Of a stretch of 64,000 bases of DNA, positions 51,594 through 62,115 are shown piece after piece. Positions within the stretch are counted from its first letter, which is position 1. Each line of letters begins with the position of its first letter. The position numbers were made by a program, and so were the translations under genes. The stretch lies in the NCBI GenBank assembly GCA_052055015.1, contig JBQJIT010000002.1. One strand, written 5' to 3'. Source of the DNA: Malassezia furfur (lineage: Eukaryota). Below the pieces are notes generated by a model. It saw nothing but the letters and a program-made list of their open reading frames with translations, did not search any database and was not told the DNA's origin.

Positions 51594-53345
51594 CTAGTAC
51601 ACACTCGAGTACGTCTTGCCCCGGTTCGGGCGCGGGAGCAGGTTGCCGTGCGACTCGACGCCCTCGACGCGGTGCGTCGCGTTCAGGTTCTTGGTCACAG
51701 TGATCTGGAACACGCTCGAGCCACCCTCGCGCGCGATCAGGATCGAGCTCGCGAGGAAAAAGAGCCAGATGCGCCACAGACGCTCGCCGTACTTGGCCTT
51801 GACCTTGTCTTCGTTCTTCCGCCAGTTCTTCAGCCAGCGGTCAATCGTCGCCGAGTAGTGCACACCGGCAACGTCGCACGAGCGCACCTCAAACCCGGCA
51901 TTCTCCAGCTTGTTGATCACCCAGTTCAGCGGGCACGACGCGTCTGCACCGGGGAAGATGTACTTGTTCATAAACAAGCCCCAGATTAGGTCCCAATATT
52001 GCCAGCGCGGGCGCAGACCGGCCACCTGGAACACAAACACGCCGTCGTCGTCCAACAGGTCGTACACATTGCTCAAAAACTTGGAATAGTGGCGGATGCC
52101 GACGTGCTCGGCCATCTCGAGCGACACAATCTTGTTGTAGTAGCCCGGCCGGACGGGGATGTCGCGGTAGTCCAGACACAGGATCCGCGCCTGGTCGCTC
52201 GTCAGCCCGTTGGCCGCAATACGCGCATTACCAAACTCGGCCTGGTTACGCGCGAGCGTCACACCCGTCACGTCCGCACCGTAGTTCTTCGCCGCAAACG
52301 CCGCCAGCGTACCCCAGCCGCACCCAATGTCCAGCACACGGTCGCCCGGCTTCAGCGCCAGCTTGGAGCACACCAGGTTCAGCTTGTTGTCCTGGAGCTC
52401 CTCAAGTGTCTCCTCGCGGTGGATGTCGGAAATGATGCCCGATGTATACACCATCTGAGGGCCCAGGAACCACTCGTGGAAGTCATTGCCCCGGTCGTAG
52501 TTGTCGCGGATCTGCTCCTCATCCTGACGCGAAGAGTGCATCAGCACGTCGGGCAGCATCTGGAACAACACATACTTGAACAGGTTCGGCGTAAAGTACA
52601 TCGCCGCCCAATCCCAGCGATACTCGAGCACGTCCAGAATGTCACCCTTAATGTCAATCTTTCGGTCAAAGTAGGCCTCGTAGAAGATCTCCATCGGGAT
52701 CTTGTTGTGCCCGTGGTACTTCTTCTTCAGCGCGGGGTCCTTGATGTCCAGGTAGTACTCGATCGGGCGGTTGGGCAGCGTCACCTTCTCGTTAATGCGC
52801 GGGCCAAAGCGGCTCATCACCGTCCAGTACGCAATGGCAAACGGTACGCCGAGCAGCGCAACAAGGAACAGGTACGAAGGCCACCCGAACCACTGCGGCT
52901 TCACAAACGGAATCAGACGCAGGAGCACGGCAGGACCAAAGAAGATAAGCAGTGCGAGATGCACGTTGCTGAACGAGCCGTTGCCCTCCACGGGAAGCAC
53001 GGCGTTCTTGATCGCGGGGTAGTTGGTCAGACGGACCTTGCCGCCTGGCGCCATGGGTGCCGATGCATTCGACGCTGATGCCGACGCCGCAGCCGCCGTG
53101 CTGTTCTGCGATGCACCGCCTTGTACCACCTCATCAACGCGCGCCGCGAGTTTGGCGCGCGACGCCTCGTCGTCGAGCGTCGCGGCTTCGGGCCGCGCGG
53201 AAGCGGTCCCGGTGCTCACCGTCGATGCGGCGACGTCAGACGGGGGCGCTTGCGCCGTCGCGTTCAACGACGCGGCAGCCTGGGCCACCTTGTCGATTTC
53301 GGCCGTAGACACTTGGGGCACGCCCGTGTTCTCGGTTCCGGCCAT
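51594..53345 (-). CDS. Sphingolipid C9-methyltransferase (cyclopropane-fatty-acid synthase family)
   Basis: Two N-terminal TM helices, YDRGNDF..WFLGPQMVYTSG, LDIGCGWG, LEMAEHVG, FMNKYIFPGADAS. Confidence 0.9.
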   Translation of the reverse strand: MAGTENTGVPQVSTAEIDKVAQAAASLNATAQAPPSDVAASTVSTGTASARPEAATLDDEASRAKLAARVDEVVQGGASQNSTAAAASASASNASAPMAPGGKVRLTNYPAIKNAVLPVEGNGSFSNVHLALLIFFGPAVLLRLIPFVKPQWFGWPSYLFLVALLGVPFAIAYWTVMSRFGPRINEKVTLPNRPIEYYLDIKDPALKKKYHGHNKIPMEIFYEAYFDRKIDIKGDILDVLEYRWDWAAMYFTPNLFKYVLFQMLPDVLMHSSRQDEEQIRDNYDRGNDFHEWFLGPQMVYTSGIISDIHREETLEELQDNKLNLVCSKLALKPGDRVLDIGCGWGTLAAFAAKNYGADVTGVTLARNQAEFGNARIAANGLTSDQARILCLDYRDIPVRPGYYNKIVSLEMAEHVGIRHYSKFLSNVYDLLDDDGVFVFQVAGLRPRWQYWDLIWGLFMNKYIFPGADASCPLNWVINKLENAGFEVRSCDVAGVHYSATIDRWLKNWRKNEDKVKAKYGERLWRIWLFFLASSILIAREGGSSVFQITVTKNLNATHRVEGVESHGNLLPRPNRGKTYSSVY

Positions 53346-53394
53346 GGTTGGGTGAGAAGAAACCCCGCAGCACCGCCGGCCGAAGGTCTCCACT

Positions 53395-54213
53395 ATGGCC
53401 CCGCGGCCTTTTCGGTGCGTGGTGCACGGGCCGGTCGCGACGCTGCTGTTTGGCTCGGCGAGCACTCAGCACGCCGCATTGAGTCGCCTCGAATGCTTTT
53501 ATGAGTCGGAGAAACACGCCGACGTCTATCTTACGCGCGAGAAAGCGGCGCGCGAGCGGATCTGCAAGGGATACGAAGCCTTCAACCTGCCGCTGGACGT
53601 TGTTCCGCGTTGGCTCCATGCGATGCACGACGCCGAGAGGCCCGGACCAAGCGACGAGCAGCCCTGGTGGCACGCGTATTGCACACCAGAAGAGGTGGCC
53701 GTGCTAGAAGCGCTGGACGAGCTCGATACCAAACCGACCTACCTCGTCTCGGCATTGGCTCAAAACGCCGACGTTGCGCTGGCGCACGAGCGGCTCCATG
53801 CATTATACCACCTGTCTGCACCCTACCGAGCGATGCTTGCCTCGCTTTGGGATGACATGCCTCGGAACGTGCAGAGCGCCGTGCAGTACGATCTCCAAAT
53901 GCGCGGCTACCGCGAAGCCGTCTGGCAGGACGAACTAGGAGCCTATTTGGGGATCCGTGTTGCGCCAACCTCGCGCCGCGATGATCCCAGCTTGGAGTTC
54001 GGGAACAAATGTGCAGAGGTGTGCCGAGAAATTCGGCGCACGCTCCTCCAGAACATCCCGGCCTTCTGGCGCGTGGATGCAGGGGTCGACGAAGCGGCCC
54101 TGGAACTGGACGCAGCGGTACTGGACGAGGCACGGACGGCGCTTGCACCGCCCAAGCCTGCACCGAAAGCCAAGACAGGGGGAAAGGGTCACACCAAGAA
54201 ATCCCGAAAATAG
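53395..54213 (+). CDS. Hypothetical protein with HExxH zincin-like motif
   Basis: ALAHERLHALYH followed ~40 aa later by WQDELGAY; basic C-terminal tail. Confidence 0.65.
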   Translation: MAPRPFRCVVHGPVATLLFGSASTQHAALSRLECFYESEKHADVYLTREKAARERICKGYEAFNLPLDVVPRWLHAMHDAERPGPSDEQPWWHAYCTPEEVAVLEALDELDTKPTYLVSALAQNADVALAHERLHALYHLSAPYRAMLASLWDDMPRNVQSAVQYDLQMRGYREAVWQDELGAYLGIRVAPTSRRDDPSLEFGNKCAEVCREIRRTLLQNIPAFWRVDAGVDEAALELDAAVLDEARTALAPPKPAPKAKTGGKGHTKKSRK

Positions 54214-54295
54214 GTGCACTGAGAACATAGTTCGCCATCTTTTGCGCTCACTGACCTATGGAGTACATTGTTGCCCTCACGGCTCGTGCCGCAGG

Positions 54296-57226
54296 CTACG
54301 CGTCGTTCTGGGTTGGCGCGGACGTCGTGGTCGAGGCAGACGATAAGGCAGGCGCATTTTCGGGCATCCCAGAGGCGGCCGGCGCGACCGCGAGGGCCGC
54401 CGCCACGGCCGATGCTGTCGCCGATGCCTCGGCTGGTGCCACGGGCGTAGCAGGCGCCGTGGGCTGCTGAGACACATGGGGTGTTGCATCCAATGTCTGC
54501 GTGGACGATAGTACCTCCGCCGATGACCGTGGACCTGTGGGCGTTGCCGGGCTCGACACCGTGTCGGGCTTGACGACATCGGCTTGTGCATGCGGTGTAG
54601 GCATCGGAAGCGTCTCACTAGGCGCTGGCGACGGTACCTCGAGAACCGCCAAGGCGGTAGGATCGAGTTTACGCGGCGGCGGCGGCGGCGGCACGCGAGG
54701 AATCGCCGGAGCACTGGCCTCTGGCGTGCGCTCCAGCTTGGGGGTCGTCGACACCAGCGGCCGTGCGGCGGCGCCCTTTTTATTCTCGGCACGCTTCGCG
54801 TTCCAATTGTTCCAGCTGCGCTTGAACGCATCTTTGGCATCGCGTGCCATGATCTGGCGCCCGTCACGGTCCATGGTGTCCTGAAGCGTGCGTGCAAGGG
54901 TGTTGATGCGCGACTTCTTGGGCGCTGCCGAAGGAATCTCGCCGTACTCGTCGTACGTGACGCTCCTTGTCGGCGGCGCCGGCAACGCGCGTGCCGTCTC
55001 GTCGGCCCGATTGTTCTCGGAGTGCATCGGCACGTCGGGTGGGACACGCGCCGGCGGCGCGGTCTCGACGTGTTCGGCGGCACTCTCGGCCGTGCTGCTG
55101 CTTTCCATCGACAGGGTCGAGTCCGAGGCGCGCAGACCTTCTTCGCTGTAGGCGATCGAGGCGGTGTCGGTATCTTGGGCCTCAGTGCGCGCAGGGTCAA
55201 CGTTCTGTTGTGCGTCGTTCTCCTGCGTCATATTCGAGTCCGATGGACGGCGTGGGAGGGTGTGCGGCGCTGGTCCCAAATCTGTATTGCTCCGTACGAG
55301 TGGGTTGGTGCCGCTGGACGAGGCACCGCCGACCTTATTCGAGAGCCAGGCGCGGTATTTGTCGCGCCGCCGACCGCCTGGACGGTCGGACGTCGAGTCC
55401 GACGAAAGCGAGGCGCTGCTGTGATTCGACAGGAGGGTCGACAGCCCCCGCATTGCCGAAGATGCCTCGCTGCTGGAGCTTTGAATGCTCGATGGTGAGG
55501 CCAACGCGGCAGCTGCTACGGCCTCATCCTCGGGCGACGTGACCAGTGCTGGCACTGCGGTCTCAGAGAGCGAGATGGGCGCCTCCGAGGCCGTTGGCGT
55601 CGGCGCCGACGCCGAACGTTTTACCGCTGGCTCGGCGGGATGCGCTGCCATTTCGTTCCACAAGCCGCCGCGGCGCGACTCGTGCTGCGTGCTGAAGAAT
55701 GCGAGCGAATTCATGTGCGGTACCACGAGGTTGTCCGCGACGCTCTGGCGCGCCTTGCTCTCAAGCAGGCCAGTGATCAGCGACCAGCGCACCTTCCGCG
55801 CCGAGATGACCGGCTCCACGCCAATATCCATTTTGGGCATGGCGGTAAAGCCGTACCACACGCGGTTGCTCGGCGGCGGCTTGATATGCAGCAGAAGAGT
55901 GCCCTCGAGCGAGCGCAGCACCACGGCCACCACCACCGACACGTTATAGGACTTGAAACGCTGACCTAGCGGGATGCTAAACGTCGCCGAGAGCACGATG
56001 CGCATGTTGCCGCGGTAGTGCGTCGACACCTCCATGCTCGCGGTGCCATCCGGGGTGAGCTGCTTGAGCACGGGCCGCCCAAACGTCGGCGCAGTGCTGC
56101 CCATGTCAATACTCACGAGGCGTACGTCGGAGATGAAGCGCGGCAGGTGCAGGCGCTCGAGGCGCCGCGTGAGCCGCGAAAACACGGCGGCCTCCATCGC
56201 GGCGGTGTGCGCCACGGCGGCAAAAATGCGGCCAAGCAGCGCGTTGAGCCAGCGCAGCGGCACCTCGTCTGTACGGTCATCGAGATGCTGTACGAGCGAC
56301 GCCATGGCATCGCCATTGAACACTTTGTCAATGGTGCTCGACCGCGCATGCCGCGGACGCGACGCGTCGAGCAACGCGAAGTACCAATCCTCGAGCTGTG
56401 ACGCACGAGGCGTCATGATGTACCAGTGCTCACCGCGCCGCGCCGCGGGCGTCGCCACATGAATGGCGCTCCGCTTGGTAAAAAGCGAGCTCTCGCTGCA
56501 CACGGGCCGCTCGCCGTCCGTTTTGAGGTCGCCTTCGACGTCGCCCACCTCGCGCACCCACAGGCTGATGCGCTTGTGTGTGAGGTTGACGGTCGCGACA
56601 CACTCGGTCCCGGGCCTGGTCATGTCGTCGTTGTTGTAGATGTACAACATGGGTGGTTTGAGGATTGCGTAGTACACGCCGCGCTCGTCTTGGACCTGGC
56701 CCGAGTCTGCACCGGGCATGGGCATAGGCGTCGCTTCATCGCCCTTGGCCGCAGGCGAGTCGCCACCAAGTCCCCCGCGCACAGCACGGTAGGCATAGCT
56801 CATATAACTGCGTTGCGTACGTGCCCCATCTGTCTCGGGCGCCTCGTCGTCGTCCTCGTCGTGCCCGACGGCGTCGCGCTTGGACGGCGCGCGACGGCTT
56901 CCGTCCCGGTGGAAGCACACGTCGCTCTTGCGCGGCAGCGTGCGAGACGAATTTTTGACTATTACCCACGATGCTAGCACCTTGGTGTCGTCGCGACTTC
57001 CACTGCTCGTCGCCTTGCGTTCGGCCTCGCGTGCCTGCTGCTGGGTAAGCAGCGTTTGGGCCGCTTTCTGCGCGTGCGGCGTGAGCGGAGGCTGCGACGC
57101 TGGCACTGTACCATCCGGCCCCTCCCCAGGCTCACCTTCCGGCTGCTCATACACCAGGAACACGAGCACGCACAGCGGGAGGAACGTTACGCCGCCCAGC
57201 AGGTACAGGAACAGGTCGCGGAGCAT
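54296..57226 (-). CDS. NVJ2: Membrane-contact-site lipid transfer protein, TM-PH-like-SMP (Nvj2/TEX2-like)
   Basis: N-terminal YLLGGVTFLPL anchor, PH-like region ending EDWYFAL, SMP domain WLNALLGR...IKPPPSNRVWYGF...LVVPHM. Confidence 0.85.
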   Translation of the reverse strand: MLRDLFLYLLGGVTFLPLCVLVFLVYEQPEGEPGEGPDGTVPASQPPLTPHAQKAAQTLLTQQQAREAERKATSSGSRDDTKVLASWVIVKNSSRTLPRKSDVCFHRDGSRRAPSKRDAVGHDEDDDEAPETDGARTQRSYMSYAYRAVRGGLGGDSPAAKGDEATPMPMPGADSGQVQDERGVYYAILKPPMLYIYNNDDMTRPGTECVATVNLTHKRISLWVREVGDVEGDLKTDGERPVCSESSLFTKRSAIHVATPAARRGEHWYIMTPRASQLEDWYFALLDASRPRHARSSTIDKVFNGDAMASLVQHLDDRTDEVPLRWLNALLGRIFAAVAHTAAMEAAVFSRLTRRLERLHLPRFISDVRLVSIDMGSTAPTFGRPVLKQLTPDGTASMEVSTHYRGNMRIVLSATFSIPLGQRFKSYNVSVVVAVVLRSLEGTLLLHIKPPPSNRVWYGFTAMPKMDIGVEPVISARKVRWSLITGLLESKARQSVADNLVVPHMNSLAFFSTQHESRRGGLWNEMAAHPAEPAVKRSASAPTPTASEAPISLSETAVPALVTSPEDEAVAAAALASPSSIQSSSSEASSAMRGLSTLLSNHSSASLSSDSTSDRPGGRRRDKYRAWLSNKVGGASSSGTNPLVRSNTDLGPAPHTLPRRPSDSNMTQENDAQQNVDPARTEAQDTDTASIAYSEEGLRASDSTLSMESSSTAESAAEHVETAPPARVPPDVPMHSENNRADETARALPAPPTRSVTYDEYGEIPSAAPKKSRINTLARTLQDTMDRDGRQIMARDAKDAFKRSWNNWNAKRAENKKGAAARPLVSTTPKLERTPEASAPAIPRVPPPPPPRKLDPTALAVLEVPSPAPSETLPMPTPHAQADVVKPDTVSSPATPTGPRSSAEVLSSTQTLDATPHVSQQPTAPATPVAPAEASATASAVAAALAVAPAASGMPENAPALSSASTTTSAPTQNDA

Positions 57227-57282
57227 CGTGGTCCTGAGCGGCCCATGCGCAACGTGTGCGTAATTCCCCACCAGCGACCACG

Positions 57283-58463
57283 ATGAAACGCAAGGTACGT
57301 GGATAGGAGCCCGGCTCACCTAGATCTTGCTCATGGGCAAGTCGGGATCGGGCAAGACCTCGATGCGGTCCTTCATCTTCTCTTCGTACCGCTCCGAGGA
57401 TACTAAGCGCCTAGGCAGCACAATCGAGGTCGAGCATTCGCATGTGCGCTTTCCAGGCTCCCTCGTGCTCAACCTGTGGGACTGTGGCGGCCAAAAATCA
57501 TATATGGAAAGCTACATGGACACGCAACGCAGCCAGGTGTTTAGCGCTGTTGGTGTACTGATCTACGTCGTGGATCTGGTCAACACCGACGATGACGGCG
57601 GCGATCCGCACGAGTGGGAGGCGGATCTGCGATATTTTGGCGATTGCTTATCAGCGCTGCAAAGCAACTCGCCGGGCGCCGAGGTGTTCTGCTTGCTACA
57701 CAAAATGGACCTCATCGAGCCGTCGCGTCGCTGCGACATTTACAGGAGCCGCGTCGCAGACCTGCGCCGCAAGACGCGTGAAGTGCTTGCCGAGCACGCG
57801 TCGTCCCCCAACGTGCCGGACCGCGTCCACTTGAGGTGTTTTGCGACGAGCATCTGGGACGCGACATTGTACCGCGTACGTTGGCACACTGACCCGCAGG
57901 CATGGTCCAGTATCATCCACACCATCGTCCCCGACGTCGAGCGCCTCGAAAAGCATCTCGCTTTGTTTGCCGATACCTGCTCCGCGGCGGAGGTCGTGCT
58001 GTTTGAAAAGGCCACATTCCTGGTGATGTCTTACTACACGCGCATGCGCGCCGCCGAGTCAAAACCGCACTCGCCAGTGGGTGCCGACGAAGTGACGCTG
58101 CAGGACAACGACACAGACGCGGTGCTGATGCAGGGGCTCTCTGAATCGATGCTGCCCGATGCGCGGCGCCGGCCCAATGTGCAATCCGACGACCGCTACG
58201 AGCGGATCAGCGAGATGGTGAAACACTTCAAGATTTCGTGCCTCGACTCGCACCACCAAATCCAGGGGCTAGAGCTGCGCACACAGACATTTGCGGCCTA
58301 CTTGGATGTACTTACATCGAGCACCTACATCTTGGTCATCGTGACCGACCCAGCAATCCGTACGTGCCCCACTCACCCCACAGAACTCAGCGCCGTGAAA
58401 CGCAATGTGGAGTTAAGCCGCGGCCACTTTGAGCGGCTCCAGGCGAGCCACGCGGCCTCGTAG
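57283..58463 (+). CDS. GTR1: Rag GTPase Gtr1 (RagA); three micro-introns
   Basis: MKRK|ILLMGKSGSGKTSMRS, LGSTIEVEHSH, LWDCGGQ, HKMDL, TSIWD, EVVLFEKATFLV. Confidence 0.95.
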
Positions 58464-58517
58464 TCCGTGCGCGTATACCCATAGCCTGCACGCCGTCGCT
58501 TTTGATCACGTGCTGCT

Positions 58518-59248
58518 ATGATGACGGCGCGGAGCGTGTCGATGCTGCGACCCCTGGGCCGGGTACGCGCGCCGCTCGTGTCCATCGCACGTATGCCGCT
58601 GGTCCTTCCATGGAGCGCTCGTGCGGTGCCACTGGCGTGTGCGCCCATGCTTGGCGCTACACCGTTCGGCGTGCGCGGCGTGCACTTTGATACCAACGCC
58701 TTTGTGCAACGTCTCGAGCAGGCCGGGATCAAGCGCGAGCAAGCTGACGTCCTGGTCACTGCACTCATCGATGTCATCAACGAGAGCATTGACAACTTAT
58801 CGCGTGGCCTGGTGCGCCGCGACGAGGCTGACCGGCTCACGTACACCCAAAAGGTCGACTTCGCCAAGCTCAAGTCCGAGATCCAGCTCCTGGAGCGCAG
58901 CGACTTTGTTCTGATGAAGTCGGAGAATGAGAGGCTGATGGCAGATGTCGAGAAGCTCAAGCAGCGCCTGCGCGAGGAGATTACTCGCACCACGGCCGGT
59001 GTCCGGCTCGACTTGAATCTCGAAAAAGGCCGTATCCGCGACGAGTCGTCGGTGCACGCGCTCAAGATCAAGGAAATCGACACGCGTATCGAGTCCGAGA
59101 TTGCGGGTGTGCGCACAAGCATCCAGAGCGCCAAGTTCAATGTGCTGCAGGTACGTGACGGCGTGTGGGAAACTGACAATAGTACCTGGTGGGTGTTGCA
59201 ACCGGTGCCGGTGCGCTGCTCCTGGCCTATCTGCGCATGTTCCGTTGA
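58518..59248 (+). CDS. Mitochondrial DUF1640 / CCDC90-MCUR1 family coiled-coil protein, one intron
   Basis: Presequence, HFDTNAFVQRLE, QKVDFAKLKSE, AGVRLDLNLEKGRIR, spliced TM end YLVGVATGAGALLLAYLRMFR*. Confidence 0.88.
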
Positions 59249-59377
59249 TTGTAGCCGCGTAGGTAGATGGGAGGCCCTTGTACAGCTCATCGAGGGGTGC
59301 GTGCGCCGCATGCGCCGCGCGGCGTCCCGACGGATCCTCCACGCCCAGGCAGTGCTCCACGTTCCCGAATTGCCGCC

Positions 59378-60160
59378 ATGCTGCTCTCCACCGGGGGCAT
59401 GGAGATCACGTCGCACCAACAGTACATTACCGATGGGATGGAAGAGTCCGAGCTCGAGCCCACGCCCATGGCCATGTTTTCCAAGTGGTTCCAGCAGGCC
59501 GTCGCCACGGGTGTGCCGGAGCCAGAGGCGATGACGCTGTCAACCGTCGCAATGCCGTCGGCGCCCGCGCCCGCTTCACGCTCGTCCACCCACGACAAGC
59601 AGGCCTGGAGCATGACTGTGCCGCGTCCCAGTGCCCGCATTGTGCTGCTGAAGCGCGCTGACGAGTCGGGCTTCCAATTCTTCTCGAACTATGAGTCGCG
59701 CAAAGGTGAGGAGCTCGACGCGAACCCGTGGTGCTCGCTCACCTTCTTCTGGCCCAAGATGCACCGCTCTGTGCGTGTGTGCGGTCGCGTCGTGCGCTTG
59801 AGTGAGGCCGAGTCGAAGGCGTACTACGACACCCGGCCGCTTGGCAGCCGCATCGGCGCCTGGGCGAGTCCTCAGAGCCAGGTGATCGAGTCGCGCGAGG
59901 CGCTCACGCAGCGTGTCGCCGACTATGAGAAGAAGTTTGATGTGCCGCCTACTGCAGTCGTCGACCCCGTGGCGCCGTTCAATAAGACCATCCCCCTCCC
60001 GCCGTACTGGGGCGGTTATCGCGTGATCCCTGATGAGGTGGAGTTCTGGGTCGGCCGTGCGAGCCGCCTGCACGACCGGTTCCGGTACGCGCGGGACCCG
60101 CACACGGACGCGAAGGTATCAGATGCGTCCTCGTGGACCGTGGAACGTTTGGCACCCTAA
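59378..60160 (+). CDS. PDX3: Pyridoxamine 5'-phosphate oxidase
   Basis: EPEAMTLST, PSARIVLLK, FFSNYESRKG, SRIGAWASPQS, WGGYRV, EFWVGRASRLHDRF, ERLAP. An upstream in-frame ATG exists at 59267. Confidence 0.94.
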   Translation: MLLSTGGMEITSHQQYITDGMEESELEPTPMAMFSKWFQQAVATGVPEPEAMTLSTVAMPSAPAPASRSSTHDKQAWSMTVPRPSARIVLLKRADESGFQFFSNYESRKGEELDANPWCSLTFFWPKMHRSVRVCGRVVRLSEAESKAYYDTRPLGSRIGAWASPQSQVIESREALTQRVADYEKKFDVPPTAVVDPVAPFNKTIPLPPYWGGYRVIPDEVEFWVGRASRLHDRFRYARDPHTDAKVSDASSWTVERLAP

Positions 60161-60163
60161 GCC

Positions 60164-61352
60164 CTATGGGAAATGCAGCGCACGGCATACCGCCTGGCGT
60201 CCGACCTCACCCGAGGTCGTCTCGACGGCGTGCCAGAAGAGGTAGCTATGCCGCAACGCAACGAGGTGCAGCAGTGCGGCGAGTAGCACACATGTGTGGA
60301 ACAGCTGGTGCGATGCGCCGATGTAGTCAAAGCGCCCGGGCGCGAACCGCTCCGGGACGTGCGCCACGTAGAGGAGCGTGCCGAAGATGTACAGCGCACC
60401 ACTCCACGCAATGTACTTGTACCCCAGCGTCTCAAACACAAACGCACTCCAGTTGCTCAGGTAGCTCCCGTGCAAGATGGGCAACACGCCGCTGAGCCCG
60501 AGCGCGACAAACACTCCCGCGCGCACGGGCCTCAGGCGTGGCGTGGCGTACGCGGGTTGTATCACGACATAGAGCGCAAGTGCGCCCCAAAACAAGATGA
60601 GTGCAAGGTACACATGGTGCACTAGCGGATGGCAGTACAGTCCGTACCGCAGCGCAGGGATGTTGCTTCCGACGATCAGCACGACGATGCCGATGTAGTC
60701 AAGACGATTGATGCTCTTGGCCACCATTTCTGAGTGGCAAGCAAGGGTGTGGAAGGTCGCACTGCACCCCAAGCACACGATCGCCGACAGCAGGAATATG
60801 GCCAGCACAACCTGGTCGAGCGTGTCGGGCGGCAGGACCTGTTGGCTCGTGCGCATCGCAACGCCCCGCACGTCGTCCAGCGCAAAATAATCCGGCCGGT
60901 TCGGGAAGGAGTACAGCGAGAAGTGCCCGAGATGAATCACGCCCGCCAGGTCAGCCAGCTGCAGCAAGAGCACAACAATGGCTACGATGGCACCGATTAG
61001 ATGCGTGTGGATGTTGACTGCGTCAGCAAGAGAGGCGAGCGCGAACGTACCCGTTTCATTGTGCCAGTAGTCCCACACGCTCCGCCAGCATTGATAATAG
61101 GTATCGTGACGGTACGTGGGCTCGTTGTGCGTCTCTGGCGCCGCTGCGGGTCTGCGGCGTCGGAGCGACGACGCGCCTAGCACTGTATCCTTCTCTGGTA
61201 CCGGCGGCGCTTTTTCCGGGACGCGCGGCGGTGCATCACCCGGTCGACGGTAGCCGTGGCGTAGAAACGCGTTGTCCTTGGCTGCGTGAGCTGCGTGCCG
61301 ACATACCCCAAGCGGGCAGTTCTTCGAAGTCCACCAAGTACGGGTTGCCCAT
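60164..61352 (-). CDS. PAQR / haemolysin-III family membrane protein (Izh-like); introns
   Basis: ELPAW|AKDNAFLRHGYR, HNET..NIHTH, SATFHTLACHS, RLDYIGI, PERFAPGRFDYIGASHQLFH. Confidence 0.9.
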
Positions 61353-61389
61353 GATCGGCGGGGCGTGCGTATTCGCACGTGGCACAACG

Positions 61390-62091
61390 ATGCGGTGGGG
61401 GACGCACCCCGCGCTTGCGCTTGCCCTGGCGTTCGCGCTCTGCGCCGTCGCGGCTGAGTACACCGCCAGCGCGGGTGTGCATGATGAGCTTGCGTGGCAC
61501 AAGCACCAACTTGTGCGCGATGCCGCCCATCCCTGGCGGCCTCAGCAACCCTACATTCCCCATGCTGGTGTGAGCGCCCAGCCTACAGCAGTGCCGCCTC
61601 GTGCCGTTCCACCCGAAGCTTCAGCTACCGCGGCTACACCGGCTACGAAGCGTTCGCTCGTGTGGGCCGTGGTGCAAGGCGCATTGGCACTATTCGGCTG
61701 GGGCATCGGCATCCTTACCTACGTCGTGCTCGCGGTGCCCAAGGCGCTCCTGGATACGGCTCTCCTGGCCTATGCCTTTACAGTTAACATGGTCGCGCTC
61801 ATTACACGGCATCCGCTCCAGCTTTTACTCAGTGTAGCACACACGGTGTACGTGTATGTGTACGAGCTGTGTGCGCCGCTGCGGTACGTCGGGTCCGCAC
61901 TGTACTTGGTGTTTGTCGCGTGGCCGATGGCCGCGCTGTCATCCGTGATGTATGTGGCCTACCAGTTCTATGTCATCGCCGGTGTCGCGGTGCTTCTGGG
62001 AGTCTTGCTGGGCCTCGTCGGCGGCGCGTTCCTCGCGCTGGAGAACCGGTTGTATGTATTCCGCCGCGGTAGTTCTTCCTCCACTCGGTAG
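61390..62091 (+). CDS. Hypothetical membrane protein with signal peptide and several hydrophobic segments
   Basis: MRWGTHPALALALAFALCAVAA signal, P/A-rich linker, long hydrophobic C-terminal half. Confidence 0.65.
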   Translation: MRWGTHPALALALAFALCAVAAEYTASAGVHDELAWHKHQLVRDAAHPWRPQQPYIPHAGVSAQPTAVPPRAVPPEASATAATPATKRSLVWAVVQGALALFGWGIGILTYVVLAVPKALLDTALLAYAFTVNMVALITRHPLQLLLSVAHTVYVYVYELCAPLRYVGSALYLVFVAWPMAALSSVMYVAYQFYVIAGVAVLLGVLLGLVGGAFLALENRLYVFRRGSSSSTR

Positions 62092-62115
62092 CGCGCCTCC
62101 ACGACGCGTCGGACC

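Noticed and set aside
58373..59534. ORF-track extensions of the DUF1640 gene to 59534 and the antisense 348-aa ORF
   Set aside because: A 32-nt intron at 59151-59182 gives the proper TM C-terminus and stop at 59248; the extension overlaps PDX3.
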